Translations under genes and position numbers: made by a program
Shown: positions 60,932 to 64,000 of the stretch, one piece after another
How the letters are laid out: every line of letters starts with the position of its first letter
Numbering within the stretch: the first letter of the stretch is position 1
Origin: Octopus sinensis
Taxonomy: Eukaryota
Assembly: GCF_006345805.1 (NCBI RefSeq)
Contig: NC_043022.1
Location: 13,020,001 to 13,084,000, forward strand
Length of the DNA: 64,000 nt
Direction of reading: 5' to 3'
Notes under the pieces: generated by a model
Database searches by the model: none
What the model was told of the DNA's origin: nothing
What the model saw: only the letters and a program-made list of their open reading frames with translations

Positions 60932-62260
60932 ACAAGGAGGTAGGACCGTGATACCAATGATTATGCTTGATATGCAAAAATAGAGTAGGTATGAAAAGTG
61001 TAATTAACATAATCCATTGACACACATGTTGAAGTGGGGTCCCAGGTAGATCTTCAGCCCCTTTTTATTTATTATAGCCATCCAAACAATAACAGGAGTT
61101 TAACCCTGTAATATTCAAACCAGTCATCTTGAACCCAACGAAATATTCTGATTTATGTTCAAACTCACTTGTCCAGGCCTCTCACACCTATCTTAAGATG
61201 TTGTTCTTAAAATAAACAGTTGCAGTATTGAAATATCAAAGCCACAAGATAATGCATGATTAACTGGAAACAGTGAGAATAAACAAGCTTTACATTTGAC
61301 AGAATAATCTGAATGCTAAAGGGTTAAGACCATAAGAATTCCCAAATGCTGATAACCTAGTTTTTACAACTGAATCAGTAGCAAATTTAGAAAAGTAATC
61401 ACACAGATAGAAGCAAGACTTAGAATTAACAGACCTCAAGGTAAACTTAGCAGAAACTCAAGTATATAGGCGCAGGAGTGGCTGTGTGGTAAGTAGCTTG
61501 CTAACCAACCACATGGTTCCGGGTTCAGTCCTACTGCGTGGCATCTTGGGCAAGTGTCTTCTGCTATAGCCCCGGGCCGACCAATGCCTTGTGAGTGGAT
61601 TTGGTAGACGGAAACTGAAAGAAGCCTGTTGTATATATGTATATGCGTGTGTTTGTCCCTCTAGCATTGCTTGACAACCGATGCTGGTGTGTTTACGTCC
61701 CCGTCACTTAGCGGTTCAGCAAAAGTGGCCGATAGAATAAGTACTGGGCTTACAAAGAATAAGTCCCAGGGTCGATTTGCTCAACTAAAGGCGGTGCTCC
61801 AGCATGGCCGCAGTCAAATGACTGAAACAAGTAAAAGAGTAAAAGAGTATTAGTAAGTAGAAGCATGGCTGTGTGATTAAGACGCTTACTTCACAACTAT
61901 GTGGTCTCAGGTTCAGTCCCACTGCAGGACACCTTGCACGAGTTTCTAATATACTTCAGGCCAACCAAAGCCTTTTATGTGGATTTGATAGACAGAAACT
62001 GAAAGAAACCTGTTGTGTGTGTGTGTACCTTTGTCTTGGCATCACTTGATTGTTGTAAAGGAGCAGACTGTCACATAATGTTGTTTGTTTCCAACCCCCA
62101 TGAAAAACATGCCTGGTTAAGGGGATCCATTACATTACTTGGAAGCAGGTGAGGGCTGACAACAGAAAGGGCATCTGGCCACAGAAAATCTGACTCAATA
62201 GAAGGTGGTGAGCTGGCAGAAACGTTAGCACACCGGGCAAAAAGCTTAGTTCATCTGCTG

Positions 62261-62318
<58 letters not shown>

Positions 62319-62407
62319 GAGAAAGTTTACGAAAATAAACAAAAGACGAAGGCAGGTGGTGTACAAACAAACAAATGTATTAGCATAACGCTCAGGAATA
62401 GAAAAAG

Positions 62408-62439
62408 TCTTTTACGTTTCGAGCCTATGCTCTTCGACA
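62408..62439 (-). ncRNA. 5'-truncated hammerhead motif of the 14172 family
   Basis: UGUCGA-A-GAGC(AUAG)GCUC-GAAA-C/GU-A|AAAGA; the 5' strand of stem I is missing. Confidence 0.35.
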
Positions 62440-62532
62440 TGCATGTAGTAGCTAACGATCTATCATGGCGCCCAACCCATGCCATCATGGACAACACACG
62501 TTAAATAATGATCATGATATATATATATATAT

Positions 62533-62884
62533 CGCTATGGACTCCGAGTGGGCAGTCATCTAAGAGTTTTTGTTCATCTTGATGCTGACATAAGTTCCTT
62601 GTCTCTCCTGATGAGAAGGCAGCATAATGCACCCCTTATTCCTTCGAAATTAGGAATATGCAGCCTTCGAAACATATGTCGAGAATAAAGGAATTTTGTT
62701 AAATCGTCGTTCAACTCCATTCTTTCATTTATTTATTTGTATTAAAAAACACACAAATTTCCACACAAGAACACGGGGTTTCTGCCCTTGGCATTTAGCT
62801 TCAACCGTGTTTTTCTGACGTGAATTTGCTACCCAGGTATCGGTTAACCGAATTATCCATACTAGGATAATTCATTCAACTACT

Positions 62885-62888
<4 letters not shown>
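62533..62888 (+). mobile_element. Short non-coding Penelope-like/retrozyme-like element between (TA)n tracts
   Basis: About 356 bp of unique sequence bounded by (TA)n on both sides, containing the intact hammerhead with AATAAA overlapping its 3' strand; no ORF. Confidence 0.55.
62586..62701 (+). ncRNA. Type-I hammerhead ribozyme with canonical core
   Basis: UCUC-CUGAUGA-GAAGGC...GCCUUC-GAAA-CAUAUG-UC|GAGA. Stem I is UCUC/GAGA plus AAGUUCCUU/AAGGAAUUU, stem II is 6 bp with an extension, stem III is the palindrome ACAUAUGU, and the GUC cleavage site falls after 62680. Confidence 0.85.
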
Positions 62889-62941
<53 letters not shown>

Positions 62942-62944
<3 letters not shown>

Positions 62945-63352
62945 CGCAGGAGTGGCTGTGTGGTAAGTAGCTTGTCTACCAACCCCATGGTTCCGGGTTC
63001 AGTCCCACTGCATGGCACCTTGGGCAAGTGTCTTCTACTATAGCCTCGGGCCGACCAAAGCCTTGTGAGTGGATTTGGTAGACGGAAACTGAAAGAAGCC
63101 CGTCGTATATATGTATATATATGTGTGTGTCTGTTTGTGTGTCTGTATTTGTCCCCCTAGCATTGCTTGACAACCGATGCTGGTGTGTTTATGTCCCCGT
63201 TACTTAGCGTTCGGCAAAAGAGACCGATAGAATAAGTACTGGGCTTACAAAAAAGAATAAGTCCCGGGGTCGAGTTGCTCGACTAAAGCGGTGCTCCAGC
63301 ATGGCCGCAGTCAAATGACTGAAACAAGTAAAAGAGTAAAAGAGTAAAAGAG
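62942..63352 (+). mobile_element. Major tRNA-derived SINE (family A), representative full copy. Others: 21918-22280(+), 33263-33677(-), 33725-34140(+), 34243-34655(+), 34763-35165(+), 40455-40930(+), 61465-61850(+), 19575-19965(-), 27710-28120(-), 29062-29480(-), 41485-41870(-)
   Basis: Pol III A/B-like boxes (tggctgtgtggt; ggttcagtccc), a central (TA)n(TG)n tract and a (GTAAAAGA)n tail; more than ten copies in the window. Confidence 0.9.
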
Positions 63353-64000
63353 TATATATATATATATTATATATATATAATATATGACAAGCTTCACCAA
63401 GTTTCAATCTACCAAATCCATCAGCAAAGGTTTGATCAGCCTGAAGCTATAAAACACAAAGTTTAACGAAATTCAGGGCCATGGAACTAGGGAGCAAACC
63501 ACATGTCCACAGCCACACCTACAGCTGTGTCTCATACACACACACACATGTTGAGGCTGTCAGATTGATAAGAATTATTATGTTTTCAAACAGGTAAAGT
63601 GGAATGTAAGATAAAGAGAGAGAGAGTGACAACTAAACCCTCAGTCAACACTCACCTGTCCTAACTATCCTCTCTTTCTTGAGTGATGGAAGATACATTA
63701 TCACAGATGTCCCTGCCTGTTTGTGTGGAAGCACTCCGTCGGATTACGACGACGAGGGTTCCGGTTGATCCGAATCAACGGAACAGCCTGCTCGTGAAAT
63801 TAACGTGCAAGTGGCTGAGCACTCCACAGACACGTGTACCCTTAACGTAGTTCTCGGGGATATTCAGCGTGACACAGAGAGTGACAAGGCCGGCCCTTTG
63901 AAATACAGGTACAACAGAAACAGGAAGTAAGAGTGAGAGAAAGTTGTGGTGAAAGAGTACAGCAGGGATCACCACCATCCCCTGCCGGAGCCTCGTGGAG

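Noticed and set aside
63656-63712. Minus-strand exon candidate (MYLPSLKKERIVRT G|gtgag) as CTDNEP1 exon 1
   Set aside because: The donor is phase 1 while exon 2 needs phase 0; it is too short and has little similarity.

Overview
Repeat-dense eukaryotic genomic DNA; the SINE, RTE and microsatellite content looks like a coleoid cephalopod (Octopus-like), which is inference from recalled repeat families. The only host gene I can support is CTDNEP1/Dullard (HAD-family DLDET phosphatase) on the minus strand. Six coding exons with GT-AG boundaries and consistent phases lie between 32908 and 5374; the first coding exon was not found. The rest is mobile and repeated DNA: three tRNA-derived SINE families, RTE LINE fragments whose 3' UTR carries a variable tandem array, CR1-like and R4/Dong-like LINE fragments, hAT, mariner, piggyBac-like, Kolobok-like and Helitron-like non-autonomous elements, mini- and microsatellites, and several local duplications and fold-backs. 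The most interesting signal is a set of type-I hammerhead ribozyme motifs with palindromic stem III, carried by several unrelated short Penelope-like elements next to (TA)n tracts. One (62586-62701) has a perfect core and an extended stem I. Another (18120-18154) is sense-oriented inside CTDNEP1 intron 2. All alignments and folds were done by eye.
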